NCBI RefSeq assembly: GCF_001949145.1
Contig: NW_019091357.1
Location: forward strand, 1 to 64,000
From: Acanthaster planci
Taxonomy: Eukaryota
Direction: 5' to 3'
Length of the DNA stretch: 64,000 nt
A program made the position numbers and the translations under genes. Shown here piece after piece: positions 13,642 to 26,800 of this stretch (the stretch's first letter is position 1; each line of letters opens with the position of its first letter). The notes under the pieces are model-generated. The model searched no databases, was not told the origin of the DNA, and was given only the letters and a program-made list of their open reading frames with translations.

Positions 13642-13796
13642 GTGTACTCTGTCCGTCTTCAGGAGTCTTTAGGCAGTCTCCTGAAGACGGACAGAGTACA
13701 CTGTTCGAAACGTCGAGTTATTCCCCGGTTCTTCTCAGAACCACATATACTCAAAGAAGAGATAAATACATGGTGTTACCGCAATCTTTACTATAG
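13642..13796 (+). mobile_element. Penelope-like element terminal-repeat remnant with inverted duplication
   Basis: 24-bp inverted repeat 13642-13665 / 13678-13701 followed by ...ttcgaaacgtcgag; the CTGAAGA...CGAAACGTC core is typical of Penelope pLTRs. The left copy runs into the N gap 13602-13641. Confidence 0.6.
13678..13717 (+). ncRNA. Minimal type I hammerhead ribozyme motif (Penelope type)
   Basis: ctc-CUGAAGA-c-[ggacag/agtaca/ctgttc]-GAAA-cg-UC-gag: conserved core, 6-bp stem II, palindromic ACGT at stem III, only 3-bp stem I. Confidence 0.55.
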
Positions 13797-14646
13797 ATGT
13801 ACAATTTAGTAGCAAAAATGATCCACGTTAAGGGCGAATGACGCACTATGGAGTGGAAAACATCCGTTGTGTTATCATTTCATTAAAACGTGCATCATCC
13901 CCCATAATGCCGTCATCTGGCTCCCTTTAAACGAGCACTTCTTTGTAAACGTTACAGACCAAAATGGGAAATTCAATTACGACCGATGGCTTACATTCAA
14001 GTACAGTATGCCGTCCTACGTGCATGTACAATAGGCTTTTCAGAATCTTTTGGACCACTGTCAACCATTTTTGTTTGATTCCGGTTACTTTCACCGCAGT
14101 AAAAGTTTATGACGGCTGGCTGACTCACTCCCAAATATGGTTAACTCCTAGACGCGCTTTCACAAGCCTTTCTTCCTCTCTTTTCTTTGACTGTTTACCA
14201 ATGCTATTATCCCGTCCTAAAATATGCAACCTTTTCACGCCCTCTGTATACCAAACATATTCAAATAACGCTATTCACATTCAAATATTTAATCTTTTCC
14301 CAGCAAGCACTGAACCGAGAGGCCTACTGACGTACCGCTATTGTAAAGTATTATACCTGCTATGAGCTCTGTTGGGCCTGCATATCAATACTGCGCTTAC
14401 AAGCACAGTCAAGAGAACTCGATTGGGTCAAGAGCAAAAGCCGCCCCAGATGTGTTACCGAATCCTAGCGTAATAGCAACATCAGAATCTGCTCTAGTTT
14501 TCCTAAACAGCGTTAATTGCAAAACAGGTTTCGATAGTTTCGTGTTTGTAAGTACAGAGCACCGTGGTTCATTTCCCCGTGTAATCACAAGAAGCAACTC
14601 GCTGAAACGTGGGCCGCCAGTCGGAGATATTTAGAGAACTGATACG

Positions 14647-17600
14647 ATGTTGAAGGTTGCCGTATGCATTTTGGTTGTGACTTGTTCGTTTGAATCAGGA
14701 TTTAGTCAAGACCCAACAGGTGAGGAATCATCCTGACTAACATGATTTGCAACCAAGACAGTAATCACAACTGGGATATACATTTCTCCATTAAACATTC
14801 GTGCTATGGCATTTCTTATACGTGTATTCACTTTGGTTGCCAAAAGTAAAGTGTCATCAATAAAACTGAAATAAAAACTACAGCCTGTTTTATAAAGAGC
14901 AAAAAAGTGCCACAGACATAGCACTGTAGTTCTCTCCCATTTGGGCCACGCTAAACTATGTTATTAGTCATGGTTAAGATGAATCTTTGGTTAACAAAAT
15001 CATACCGTGCACTGTATGTCCTTTAAATGACTGGTTTGCTTTGTTTTCCTTGGATTTATAGTTATTTCCTGAACATTCATCCGTGTGCAATGTCGATGTT
15101 TTCTAAATCACCGCAATCAATTTTGTTCAGCACCACTCTTTTTACATAGAACTGTCTGGTGGCACCTCCTTTACAAATGTTAACCCTTAAGACTCCCTGA
15201 GTGCTAGGCGAGTCCGCTTGTTCCAAATGTTTTGATCGAACTAATCACAATCCTGCTGTGAACGCTCTATTCATAACTTTATATCAAAGCTCTTTCAAAG
15301 GAGCTCCTCATTGGGTGAACTAAATTTCAATACGCATTTTCCAAAATGTTCGTATTTCGTTTTCTATTTGGAATGAAAAATCATGTACCACACTGTGCTC
15401 AGAAATGTCTGCTTGTGTCATCAAAGCGTGATGGCAATGCTAATGATCATCATTCTTGGATTAACCTTCAAAGCCAATTTACGCGTGAAGCATTCGTTTT
15501 CAGAATGGATTTAATATTAGAGTGCTTAGCTGCTTTCTGGAGTTGACATATGCTCCTAAAAGCTGCATGTCATATTTTTCTTTCAGATATTAACCATGGT
15601 TGTTATTTTGACCATTCTCAACGGGCACTGACGGATCTCATCACCTGTGATGATGCAAGGGATTCGTGTCATTCGTCGTGTGGAATTGAGCATTCTTACT
15701 GCCAAAGCACGGGAATGACCATTGATCTCTGCAGGTCTCTCTGCAGGATAAGAAACCTCCGATATTACGCTCTGGAAGCCGGAAAACAATGTTTTTGTGG
15801 AGGTGCCCTCTCAAATCCATTTGCATACGGAAGGGCAGATGGGGCTACAACCAACTGTTCCCATCCTTGCACTGGTGATGTAAATAAAACGTGCGGTGGG
15901 GAATTCAAAATGCAAGTCTATGAATTTAGAGGTAAGAAGTTACCTTATTATTTTAAACACCATGAAATGTATTGTTTGATAAAAACTGAGGATTCATGAT
16001 CAATGATGCATTAAAAATAAACTTACATGTATAAACTATAATTTGTATGTCCTAATTAATTCACCCAATCTCAAATTCTTCCGATTACATTCAGTAATTG
16101 CTCGAGTCATAAGGCCTCTCAAGGCCCTGGCAAAGATACTCATTCACTTTCAGTTTACATAACATGTCTAATTCATCGCTTTTATTGCACCATCATGCAT
16201 CCCAATTTTATATCTCAAATGTGTCATTTTTTCACTCTGTAGGTCCAGTGGATGGCGCGGACTGTTTCCATCCAGGTTTTGTGGAGAACTCTTATATATC
16301 GGATGGTGTGGCCATTACAACCGGAAATAGGCTCAATTTCATCTGTCTGCCCTTACATAAGATTACTGGGGAGGCACAACTCCTTTGTCAGTCCAACAGG
16401 ACATGGGTACCTGCTGTGCTCCCAAGCTGTAGCTTCACCGGCGTATCAGAAGGTAGACAAGCCAACACCAAACCCAAGCGGACACGTCCGTTACCCATCC
16501 ATTATGGTAGTACTCATTGTAACAGGTGATATGGTTGGGTGGTGGAAGATCGTGAAATACATGCACAATCCTCCCCACAACTAAACTCGGCCTAGCATTG
16601 TAGGCCCTGTTGTTTTGGAAGGAACGAATTTTTTTTTTAAAAAAGGCCTATACGTATTTGGATCTTAGTCACAGTGTAACTTTCGCCTCACATTTTTGCA
16701 ATCAATGGTGAGGATTGGGCCTTAAGATTTTGATGGTAATGATGTGAGGTAACTGCACGCAAATGTTTACCACAAACAACTTCCAGCACCTGTGTTGAGT
16801 TGATTTGAGTGTCGCTAGCAGTGGTGAAATTTTTAAGGATCAGAGTGGGCTTTCTGTGAGATCGGTTTGTGTGCATAGGTATATAAAAAACTTACTGATC
16901 CTGTTTCCCATATATACAATCACTCATTGACGAAGAGTTATTTTTTCATGACAGATACTACGACGGAGGTTGTAAAGACTACGCAAATTTTGAGCACCGC
17001 TCAGACTACTACGGCATCAGTGCCACTAACCTCTATAACTGGTAAGATTACTCTGTTCATTCCAGATTATTACCAAGGCATTTAATCCTGCAGAAGTACT
17101 CTTCTTTTCTGAATGGAATAAAGTCAGTTCAGTGCCACTGATCCTAAAAGCTCTATATAATCCTTAAGCATACAAAAAGTTGTCAAACGCATGGTGTAAG
17201 GTGTTTATAAGCCTACATGTACTTTATCAATGTTTGGAAAGCCTTTACTTTTACGTCAAACATTCCCATTTTCTAAGAAAACCTTTTAGCACCTTTCAAT
17301 ATGTTTCTCTCTCTGCTTCCGTTCGTCACTTTCTGATTCCACTATCTTTAACTAGGAAACCTTCCACTTGTTTGTTCAAAAGGGTAATCTAGCGAGGGGA
17401 TAGTAGTCCTGAAGACGTAACAGTGAATAATTGAGCCTTTTCCATTTTCTGTGACAAATTGACTCACAAATCTTGAGACGGCATTAAAAGTCGTGACTGC
17501 GTTTTATAACAGTAGTGCTGCAATCACACGTGACAGCCTTTATGTCATGTCAGTGAACTTTGGATTGGTTTTTCAATGATCAACTCATAAGAAGTAGTTT

Positions 17601-19296
17601 TGAAACCTTTATGGAAATCAAAATTCAACTTGTATTCATGTAAGTATTTTCTTTGCAGCTGTCTTTTCCTTTCAAAATTGTATAATTTAGATTTTGTTTT
17701 CGGAAAAATATTTGTGATGGTAATATTCTGCATGTCGCACTTCTAGTTTTATTTTAAACTAGTTTTTCAAGTGAAGCAGCATCGTTCATGTCCTCATGTA
17801 AGTTGGTTGTACTGAAATTACCTATTACCTGAAAACTGTATCTTCCTTGTCAGATTTCCTACCATACATTATCGGTGGCTCGGCTTTACTACTCTTCATC
17901 CTGGTTGTGTGTTTAGTCAGCATATTTGTCTGCAAAGGAAGGTGGGTAAACTGTTTAAGAAACTACATGAATTAGCTTGCAGCTTGAAAAATTTAAACTG
18001 GGATTGGGGGCTTCTGAAGAAGCACAACTAAGCACTGTGGCTTCTATAGTCACTATCTGTAAAAAATACGCATTTCTCTATTGTGGAATTACATGTAATT
18101 CAAATTGTTTCGTTGCTGTATACGAAGAACATAATCATGTCAGGTTGTTTGCATAAGCTTTTGACCCGTAAAATAGGTATTTCTTTCCCTCTAAAATCCT
18201 ATCTGTAAGACCCAAGAATGCAAAACGATGGATTTCAAATCAATTAAAAACTGAGATGAAAATATTCCAAGGCTGCGACATTTTCACCTTTTGTTTGGCA
18301 TTTCAGTGCGTTTTACGCTCCAGTACCAAACCATATTTTCTAAAAGCAATTCTGAGTAAGAGTAGGCGAGTTCTGTTCATGACAAATTGTTTACTAAAAC
18401 CAAATATGGAAAATGTAAAGTTTTTCAGACCTTTTTCAAATAGCAATAGGTTAAATTTTTAATTTTTAACATGTCAATATGGCAAACAAGAAAATTAAAA
18501 CACATTATGGTCCTTTAGCCTTATAATTCAATCACTATTGCTCACGTAATGTGTTACTACCTCTGTTCATTTTTCTACATGCAGGAAGAGGTCTGGTAAC
18601 TCTGGTCAAGATATTCGCCTGAAGCCTGAGGCATCACCTGTTACGTTCATCAACACTGGATTCCATAATGATGAAAACGAAGAAGCTAAAGTGGAAATGC
18701 CAGATATCCTGTCTGAAGCCCGTAATGCATCCTCACCCAGTCCATCCAGCTTTTACCACACGCAACTCTCAACATTCTCAGAGGACCCTGTCTACTCTAA
18801 CAACGATGCAGTCCGTGCAAATGATACAAGTCCCACTACATATGCCAACGTGAATGAGGGAGTACCATCCACAGACAGCCCACCGAGTCCCATATACGCC
18901 AACTTTGAGACAGTCTTACCAGAGAGTAATTCCGGATATACTAAGCGGTATTCTGCTACCACAGATCGACCAAATCAAAAGCGTGGGTTGTCCTCCGACG
19001 ATCCTGTCGCAGTGCATGCCACTGGGAATCGCCGAGCTAAAAAGAATGCCACAGGGACCAAAGACTTGGTTGGGTGGAGTCGACCAAGTTCTCTTTACCA
19101 GCGCACGACACTGGATGACGATGATACTGAGTCCAATGAGGACAACACAACCATACAACCACATGACCTTTCTGCCGCTATCTACGCCCAAATCGACAAA
19201 AGTCGGAGAAGTGATTCCAGAGAAACTCTCAACTCCGAGCATTCAGGAAACTCCTTCTTTGCTGACCCTGCCAAATCATCAGCAACAAGACTATAG
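14647..19296 (+). CDS. Gene B: WSC + CCP(Sushi) type I membrane receptor, about 504 aa, 6 coding exons; paralog of gene A
   Basis: Exons 14647-14719 (signal MLKVAVCILVVTCSFESGFSQDPT), 15587-15931 (WSC), 16243-16452 (CCP), 16955-17041 (Thr-rich stalk), 17854-17941 (TM DFLPYIIGGSALLLFILVVCLVSIFVC), 18585-19296 (tail ending ATRL). GT-AG, frame continuous (1515 nt); 87-nt and 88-nt exons match A. Confidence 0.9.
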
Positions 19297-19956
19297 ATTT
19301 GATGACGATTAAGAATTTCTTGGCAATAAAAGCACTTGTATCCCATCGACATCTGAAAAGTGTAACTTATGTGGATGTGTATCTGTTGCTTATGAAAACA
19401 CCAAGATTCGTCACTGGAAAATGGGTCAATTCGGGGTATCAAACAATTCGGAAAACAACCAAATCCATTTACCATCCATATAGGGATCATTACAACTATG
19501 ACAGGTTTCCTAAGATTTGGAGTAAGACTCCATTCAATTTGTGAAGATTTGATATTCGAATTGTCCGAGGATTACTTGATGATGTTCAAATCGTTTTACT
19601 TGCTGATTTTTGTGCAAATCATTTCCCTGATTGTGATTCCATTTGTCTTTAAAAGTCACGTGTCACGATTCATTGCTGATGACTTTACTGTGGTTATGCG
19701 TGTAACTACTACTCCTTCCTATTCCTTTGTGAAGAATTTATGCACCCATTAGATTTTTTTGGCAATATTTTAAAACCAAGACAAAGAACGGGTGTTCAAG
19801 ATCTATTCTTTGGATGGATCATTGTAACATTTATCACAAAGTCCTTTTTTGTTCAATGTTGCACGTTTTCCCTAGCTCATTGTAAAAAGTAGAGCAATTA
19901 TGTGTTTGAAAATACGAGTGTAAACCTATTGCAAGAAATACTGTATTTCTAGCAAA

Positions 19957-20412
19957 TACACGGCGTATCAAAATATAGGAAATCCAAATTCAACCATAAT
20001 TTGTAGGAAAATTTCAGATGTCTTAATTTGCAATATATGTCCCAAGAAAGGCCTGAATCTATTCTTTCCAATGAAACCTTGATTATGTGCTCAATGTTAC
20101 GGTTAGACGAGTAACAATGCATCGTTGACCAGCAGGTGAAAGTTAGCATATGCTGTACAGTAGATGATACTTAGGCCAACGTACGCGCTTTTGAATGTAT
20201 GTAAGCTAATTTGTCACAGTGCAAATTTCACCCGCTAGTCAACAATGTGCATTGTTACTCGTTCAACCTCGACACGATGAGCACATAATTAAGGTGTCAT
20301 TGAATAGAAGACATTCAGGCCTTTCAGGACATATAATGCATTAAGAAATCTGCAGTTTTCCTTTAACGTATGGTTAAATTTGGGTTTTCTTGATGTTGCT
20401 ACGCCCGGTGCA
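19957..20412. mobile_element. Fold-back/MITE DNA transposon with about 200-bp imperfect inverted arms
   Basis: Arm 19957-20155 (aaaggcctgaat...attatgtgctca...cgagtaacaatgca...gttgac) is mirrored by 20215-20412 (gtcaac...tgcattgttactcg...tgagcacataat...attcaggccttt). Confidence 0.8.
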
Positions 20413-21593
20413 TGTAGATACACCCATCTGTGTCACGAAAGACACAGCTTTTTAAGTTAATGGAATATTTCTTTGTTAAGAGGTATTAAACTTTGAAGGT
20501 TGTACTCTATTACAAATTGCCATAAAATAAACACAAAACACTGGAAAGCTGATACTGAGTAGGAAAAAAGTGCGATCGTAGGTTCGAGAGCTGCCGATAA
20601 TCAACCAATGTAGTTCTATCAAAACCGCAGAGGTTAAGCATTAAGATTTTCTAATGTTCCCATATAATTATTCGTATTATAGTGCATACTTTCAAACAAA
20701 CATAATCGTATTTTCTATAGTCATTTGTTAAATATTTTAATCCTTTCCATAAATGGACATTTATGTAATTATTATAATCAGATCTGCAGATTTCGATAAA
20801 TTTATGGACTTGTGTGTAGAGATAGAGTTGATTGTAAAATTTTAGCATAGCTATCCTTTATTATTTAGGCTTAAATGCATTAATAAGTATTAATATTCGA
20901 TTAATCACAAATGTAATACAAACAGTATTTTACTTCAACCATTTTTATATGAACAATTGAAAGAGTAAAGCTATATACACGTAAAGAGAAAATGAACTAG
21001 AAACTTCACATGTAGCTTTTTTCCTATACATCATGCACCAGCTTCGATTTCCTATATCACCCAATAACTTGAAAACACATCGAAATTTTGGGAAATGTCA
21101 TTTATACAAACGATATTTTTCCCTGCTGAAAATTTGATACATTATCTGATACTAAAAATACCAGGATAAACTGATCACCGCCTTAAAAAGCATCGCACCT
21201 TAAAAGGCGTAGTCTGTCGGTGAATCATTGATTTCCATGGTTTAATTAACTTTACAGCTGTTCGTTTGGCCCTTTGTCAAACAATAAAATCTGATTTCGC
21301 AGTAGTTGCAGAATAAAGTCAGCGCTCATATATCATGTTTGGCTGTAACACCTGTTTGAAACAAATCAAACGGTCACAAGGACATTAATTTTGGTGGTTA
21401 AATATAGTACCACGGTGTTTTGCGATGGAGCAACATTCACCAACGATTACGAACTGATCGAGCATGCCTGAAAGACAAATTTCATTTTTCCTCACATCTC
21501 TCAGTATGATAACATTTTTACAAATAATCAGGGTGGTCATTATCATTTTTATAATTTTCAACAAATTAGTGGCTGGAAATGTATAGGGTGTAT

Positions 21594-21806
21594 CTATCCG
21601 CCCCGAGCTAAAGTGCACCCCCAGTCGGCGAAAGAAAGACGGATGGTTACAAGCGGATTCTTGCACGCGTTCTGCGTGTACACAAAGACCATACAGTAAG
21701 GAAAAATCGTTACGCGTAGTCGGTGTCAAGCGCGCCATTGATAAACGCGCAGCTATGCCGTGAGTACCAAAAAACATGCCCTCTTTAGTTTCGCCCGGAG
21801 CGGATA
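21594..21806. mobile_element. Possible small MITE
   Basis: tatccgccccgagctaaa and tttcgcccggagcggata are inverted (15/18) around a CpG-rich non-coding interior. Confidence 0.4.
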
Positions 21807-23880
21807 ATTAGTTGATGGTTGATATATTGTTTTTACACTCAAGTGAGACAGTACCGAGGAATGTAATTCCTTCGTACGTGTATGTCAACATCCAGTAAGG
21901 GGATATTTTTTCTCCACAGTTGCACTTAAGGTATTTCAGTAAAGGTAATTCCTCATAAATCCACAGTTGAGATACCATTGCTATTTCTACATTGTAATGT
22001 ATGGAACAGGGGCGCAGATGTTCATTTCTAACAGAAAATTCTGACATTTGACAGGCGCCGAGCTTAATTTGATAAAGTCACTGGAAATTTCTCACGAAGT
22101 GGATCCTGCGAGTTTGTAATTGATTGATAATTTCCCCAGGGTGGATTTGTGTCCAACCTTTTATAAATAATGAAAGGCTTTTGATTGAACAAGGTGTGGT
22201 GCGTATAATTCTGTGTACATACCCATCGAGAATGCTTCAGTGGGGCATGATTTATTCTTATCTGCTTAATATGAAATGAAATAGTAATGAGAAAAGATGA
22301 ACGCAGGTCATTTGAGTGACAAAGCAATATGCGCAACTGCGCTATATTTGTTTTGACATGACTTTTACAATAATATTAATAACTGTTTGTGCGGCAACCT
22401 GTACCGCCAAGAGTCCTTCCATATCAAGCTGTCGTAAACTTGTCTTGTAAATGCATTATGACGGGCTTGATCAATATTTCCTCAGACAACAGCGAACTCC
22501 AAGTCACGAAGCGTAAGGTCAACCACTCGAAGAAATCGTTTATATTCAACCTAGTCTACCTATCGAGATAAATTCATTTTTAGACGCGTGACGCATGATT
22601 CATTTCACTAATATTAATAAAGCAGACTGACCATCATGTGGTCTGCAATTTTGAAGATCTCGTTTTGTTTAAAACACCTTGACTGATAAACTTAAAGCTT
22701 TAAGTTGGTTTTCTACAGTCAAAGCGATCCGTATTGATTGATTGTTCTTAAAATAATAAGCACGCATGTTTGGCGATTCATTCAGTACCACTCTCCTAGA
22801 AATCAGATTTGAAATAAGGACTGAAAGCAATACATACACTTTAAACCAGAAACCTAAGCAGGCCTGTCATTGTTAAAGGACCACTACTGAAATAACTTAA
22901 ACGAAAATGCACGATCCAGTGCACAAATGTCGACAAAACATGACTTCTCTTCGCTTCTTTCAACCAGCCACAAAATTGCTAATTTTAGGGGCTACATAAT
23001 AAAGAGATCAGAGTAAAAAACGTCATGGTCCAGTTTGCGCGTCATTACGTACTTCATGGAAATAAAAAGACTGTGCGGGTGGAGCTGCTAATTGTGCGGG
23101 TTACTATCACGATCCGCTATTGTTCTATAGGGTTGTGGCATGACAGTAGGATTGTGTGGGTGACTGAACCCGTTTCATGAAAAAAGCATGAAGGTAGGAA
23201 AACCAACTACCAATTTGAAAGATTCAAGACTACTGTTTGACCTGTTGAGAAATTCATCTCTGTCGACAGTTGTCTTTCATGTTTATCAACCTCCACGTTT
23301 TATTGTTGCTACATCCTGCCTCATTATGCCAGGAGCTACAGCTACCAAAACAACCTGACGAGGCATCCATTATCTACACGTTCGCAAAGGCACGGACAAG
23401 GACAATTCCAACAAGGTGAAATTTCCAGTACCGTCTACTCGTTGTGAATTGCCTGATTTGTGTTTATTTAGCGGGCGCGAAATAGAGTTGTGCAGCAGAC
23501 TGCAAACTTGTCGTCGGGGCAAACGTGCTACATTGCCAAGGTCCTTTGGATATCTAGTTGCGAATCGTCAACATTTGTGATGCACTGTATGTTTGAGTCA
23601 GTATGTGTCCATAGATTATTTAACTTATCCGCACAGGGGAGTTATCTGTGGCTTTCTAATGCATCGGTCAATCACTGGTCATCGATCGCGTGTGGATGAA
23701 ATAACCTGTGGATTTTGCAAGCATTCGATTATACCAGTGGTCACTTTCGCTCTTTGTTTCACGCTGTTGGGTCTTCGTTCAGTCCTTCCATTAAATATTT
23801 GGCGACTGATTCATCAGCAATTTATAAAGCGAATGTTGATCTAGGTTGCTCAGCAAAGTGTTAAGGAGGAAATACAAAGG

Positions 23881-26800
23881 ATGCCTGCCTTCAACTGCTT
23901 CATCGTCGCTCTTCCCGTTACCATGGTGTTCGTCGTTAGCACTGCATATGGTCAAGGTAAAGGGGACATGTCTTACATCCACTCTGTGTTTCTTCCATCA
24001 TTATGATTTGGTGTTGGCTTGATATACCGCTTTCATCCAATCATGGTTTAAATTCACAATTCTTTGTTAATTAAAGGTCAGCAGGGTTACAATGATATAC
24101 TTGCGTGAGCTCTCAAGATTATTTCCCTTAATGCATCTTTTGCATTCTCAGAGAAAAGCAGATTACAATCACAGACACTACAAATTAACATTTAAAAGTT
24201 ACACACCGCACTGAGTGAATAATTTGTGCCTTGTCATAATTTTGCATGTTCCAGAAATCAAAGAACTAGGTTTATTTTGTCTTGTGCTCCGTAGCATTTT
24301 ATTGTAAAAATATATTTGTCTGGATTTTGAAAATCCTTCTTTGAAGTTTTAATGACCAGAAGGGTGTCATGAGGGCATGTTTTTAAACTCAATATGTAAT
24401 ATGCAGCATTTGAGATTATGTGATAACCTCCTTTTTTATGACTTTTCCTTTAATCTTTGAAGACAAATTACTGATTTCATAATTGGAATTCTATCGCAAT
24501 ACGAAAGACGAATGCGCGCGATCTTCTCCACTGATTTAGAGTGGGAATAGGACATCTGCACTGAAACCAAAGGTCCCGAGTCACATTTTCTTGGAAGCAA
24601 TATGATTAAGTAATCCCGTTTTTTAAACGGCAGAGCAAACTATTGTGAAATGAGATTTAATAATTCTGTCAACAGTTCTGCATTCTTTCCTACTGCACAT
24701 GGTCTGCTGATTGTTTTTTCCGGTTAGAGCAAGCAGTAATATCGCTTTTTTTTCTTTTCTGTGCTGACTGTGTAACACGCCGGCGCTGAAGGTTCCCCAT
24801 TACCTATGTACAATGCAGATAACCTTTCATTTATTATCTACACGTTCTTCTCTATAGTTTTACCAGATTTGCTTTAAGCTCTTTACGAGTATATTTGTAC
24901 GTTACGTTTCCTTGGAAACGTACCAATGATACATCAGGGTTTCGCACTAAACATTTCGGGAACAATATCCATGCTTGTTTTCTGCATCGTTGCCCTATAC
25001 AATGAACAGATTCCAGTGAAAATCTGTGAAAGAATCAGGGGTCGACCTCCCCCCCCCTTGCTCTGGGACAAAAAAAGTAATCAAAAGGGCGAAATAATAA
25101 AAAGAATAACTACAGTAATTACACCAATACCATTGTAAACAATGCGTGTCATCTGATGTTTCATTATCGTTTCTAATCGTCCACAACAATAAGGCATTAA
25201 AAAATCTCCGGCCTGCCCCCCCCCCGAAAAATTCCTGGATCTGCGTAAAAAGCGTTTTATATAGCGGTCTGGAGATGTCCCACCATTCTAGTTTCAAAAA
25301 ACATTAAGACGTGTAATTCATAGCAGAATACTGAAGTAATTAACGAAATGCCTCAAACCGCGAGACGAACATGCTAAGTGAGAATTTCTATACGCTATGA
25401 TGGCCTTAGCAACGGACCAGCCGTAAACAACACAGAGGTACTGGAGTATTTATTTCTCCAACAAGCGCTTTTCTCCATCTCAATTGACCCAGAATGTCTG
25501 GTTAGCCTAATCAACACAAACCCTTCGTGTATTATTTTACGCAGCCTGCTATCACCGGGTGAGCGGTTACGAACCGCTCTGTCACGGTCACGAGACATCG
25601 CCCGCTACGGAGCTAAATTGCTATCATTTAAAGGTGTGGTACACGCCCATTTAATTGAGTCAACCACATGAAGCAATTAAGTGAACTGGTATGCTGGCTT
25701 ATTTAATTCCTTATACTCTGGTGAATATTCTATTGAACGTGCTATGATTGCTAAAATTTTACAGAAAGCGTAATGGGAAATAAGTGGAGTTTCGTTTTGA
25801 ATAGTTGTTCAGGCATGCTGTGTATAGAAAATTATTTCAAAGACTTCCATCGTTCCTTGCTGTAGTATTTAGGGACGCTCAAGTCGGTATCAGGCAAATT
25901 CTAGATGGGGATAGTAACACGACCTGTCAGACTTAAATCGAAACAGTTCCTATCTTTCACCATTTCTTTCAGTCTCATTGTCCTTCATGGACTAGTGGAC
26001 CAGCAACACGTTTTACTATGCTTTTCTAAATGTCTCTCCGAAACTAGCTTAATCAAGGGGCTACCTTTATGCTTATATCAAAGCACAAAAGAAACAATTA
26101 CTGTCAAACTGTCGAGTTGTGAGACAAGAATAATAAATAAAGAACGAATATATTTTGGTCAATGTAAAATATTGAATGCATAGTTGCTCAACGTATACAG
26201 GACCAAGTATATGGTGTTATTATCTAGGGCTAAGACCAGTGAAACCGAGAGTGAGGTTGAGCCTCAGTGCGGGGACTGTTCATGGAATGTATGTGCGATT
26301 CACTATTTCACTATAACTGATTACAAACAGAAAAATCTCCATGAAAAGTTTCATATGACGAAAGAGATGCAGAAAAGGGAGAATTTTCTATGATTTTCGT
26401 AAATACCTGTTGTTTGTCAAAATTTGGAGGATGTTGTTCTAAAATTCCTTTTTTTTAAATGCCGTACTTGCCGTAAATCAAGTCCAACATGTAACAATCA
26501 GTGCTGTCCAGTTCTCACGGCCATAATGTAAAATGTCATACATTTGGATATACATGCACACGTTTGTCAAAAACATATCTTTTCCGAAAATCTATAAATG
26601 AAATGTCATGGTTTCAATGTTCTAAATCTGTTCAGCTGCAAGTAGAAAGTAAAGGCTTTCGAGCCTGCTTACGGATTTAAAGCGATAAGTGTACACGCAT
26701 CCCCACTCCCCCCTCCCATTTCAAATTGCGGGATAATGTCATTATGGTATAAACTGTATATAATCTTATCCTATCTATACCTTTAAATGAAGTAGAATAA

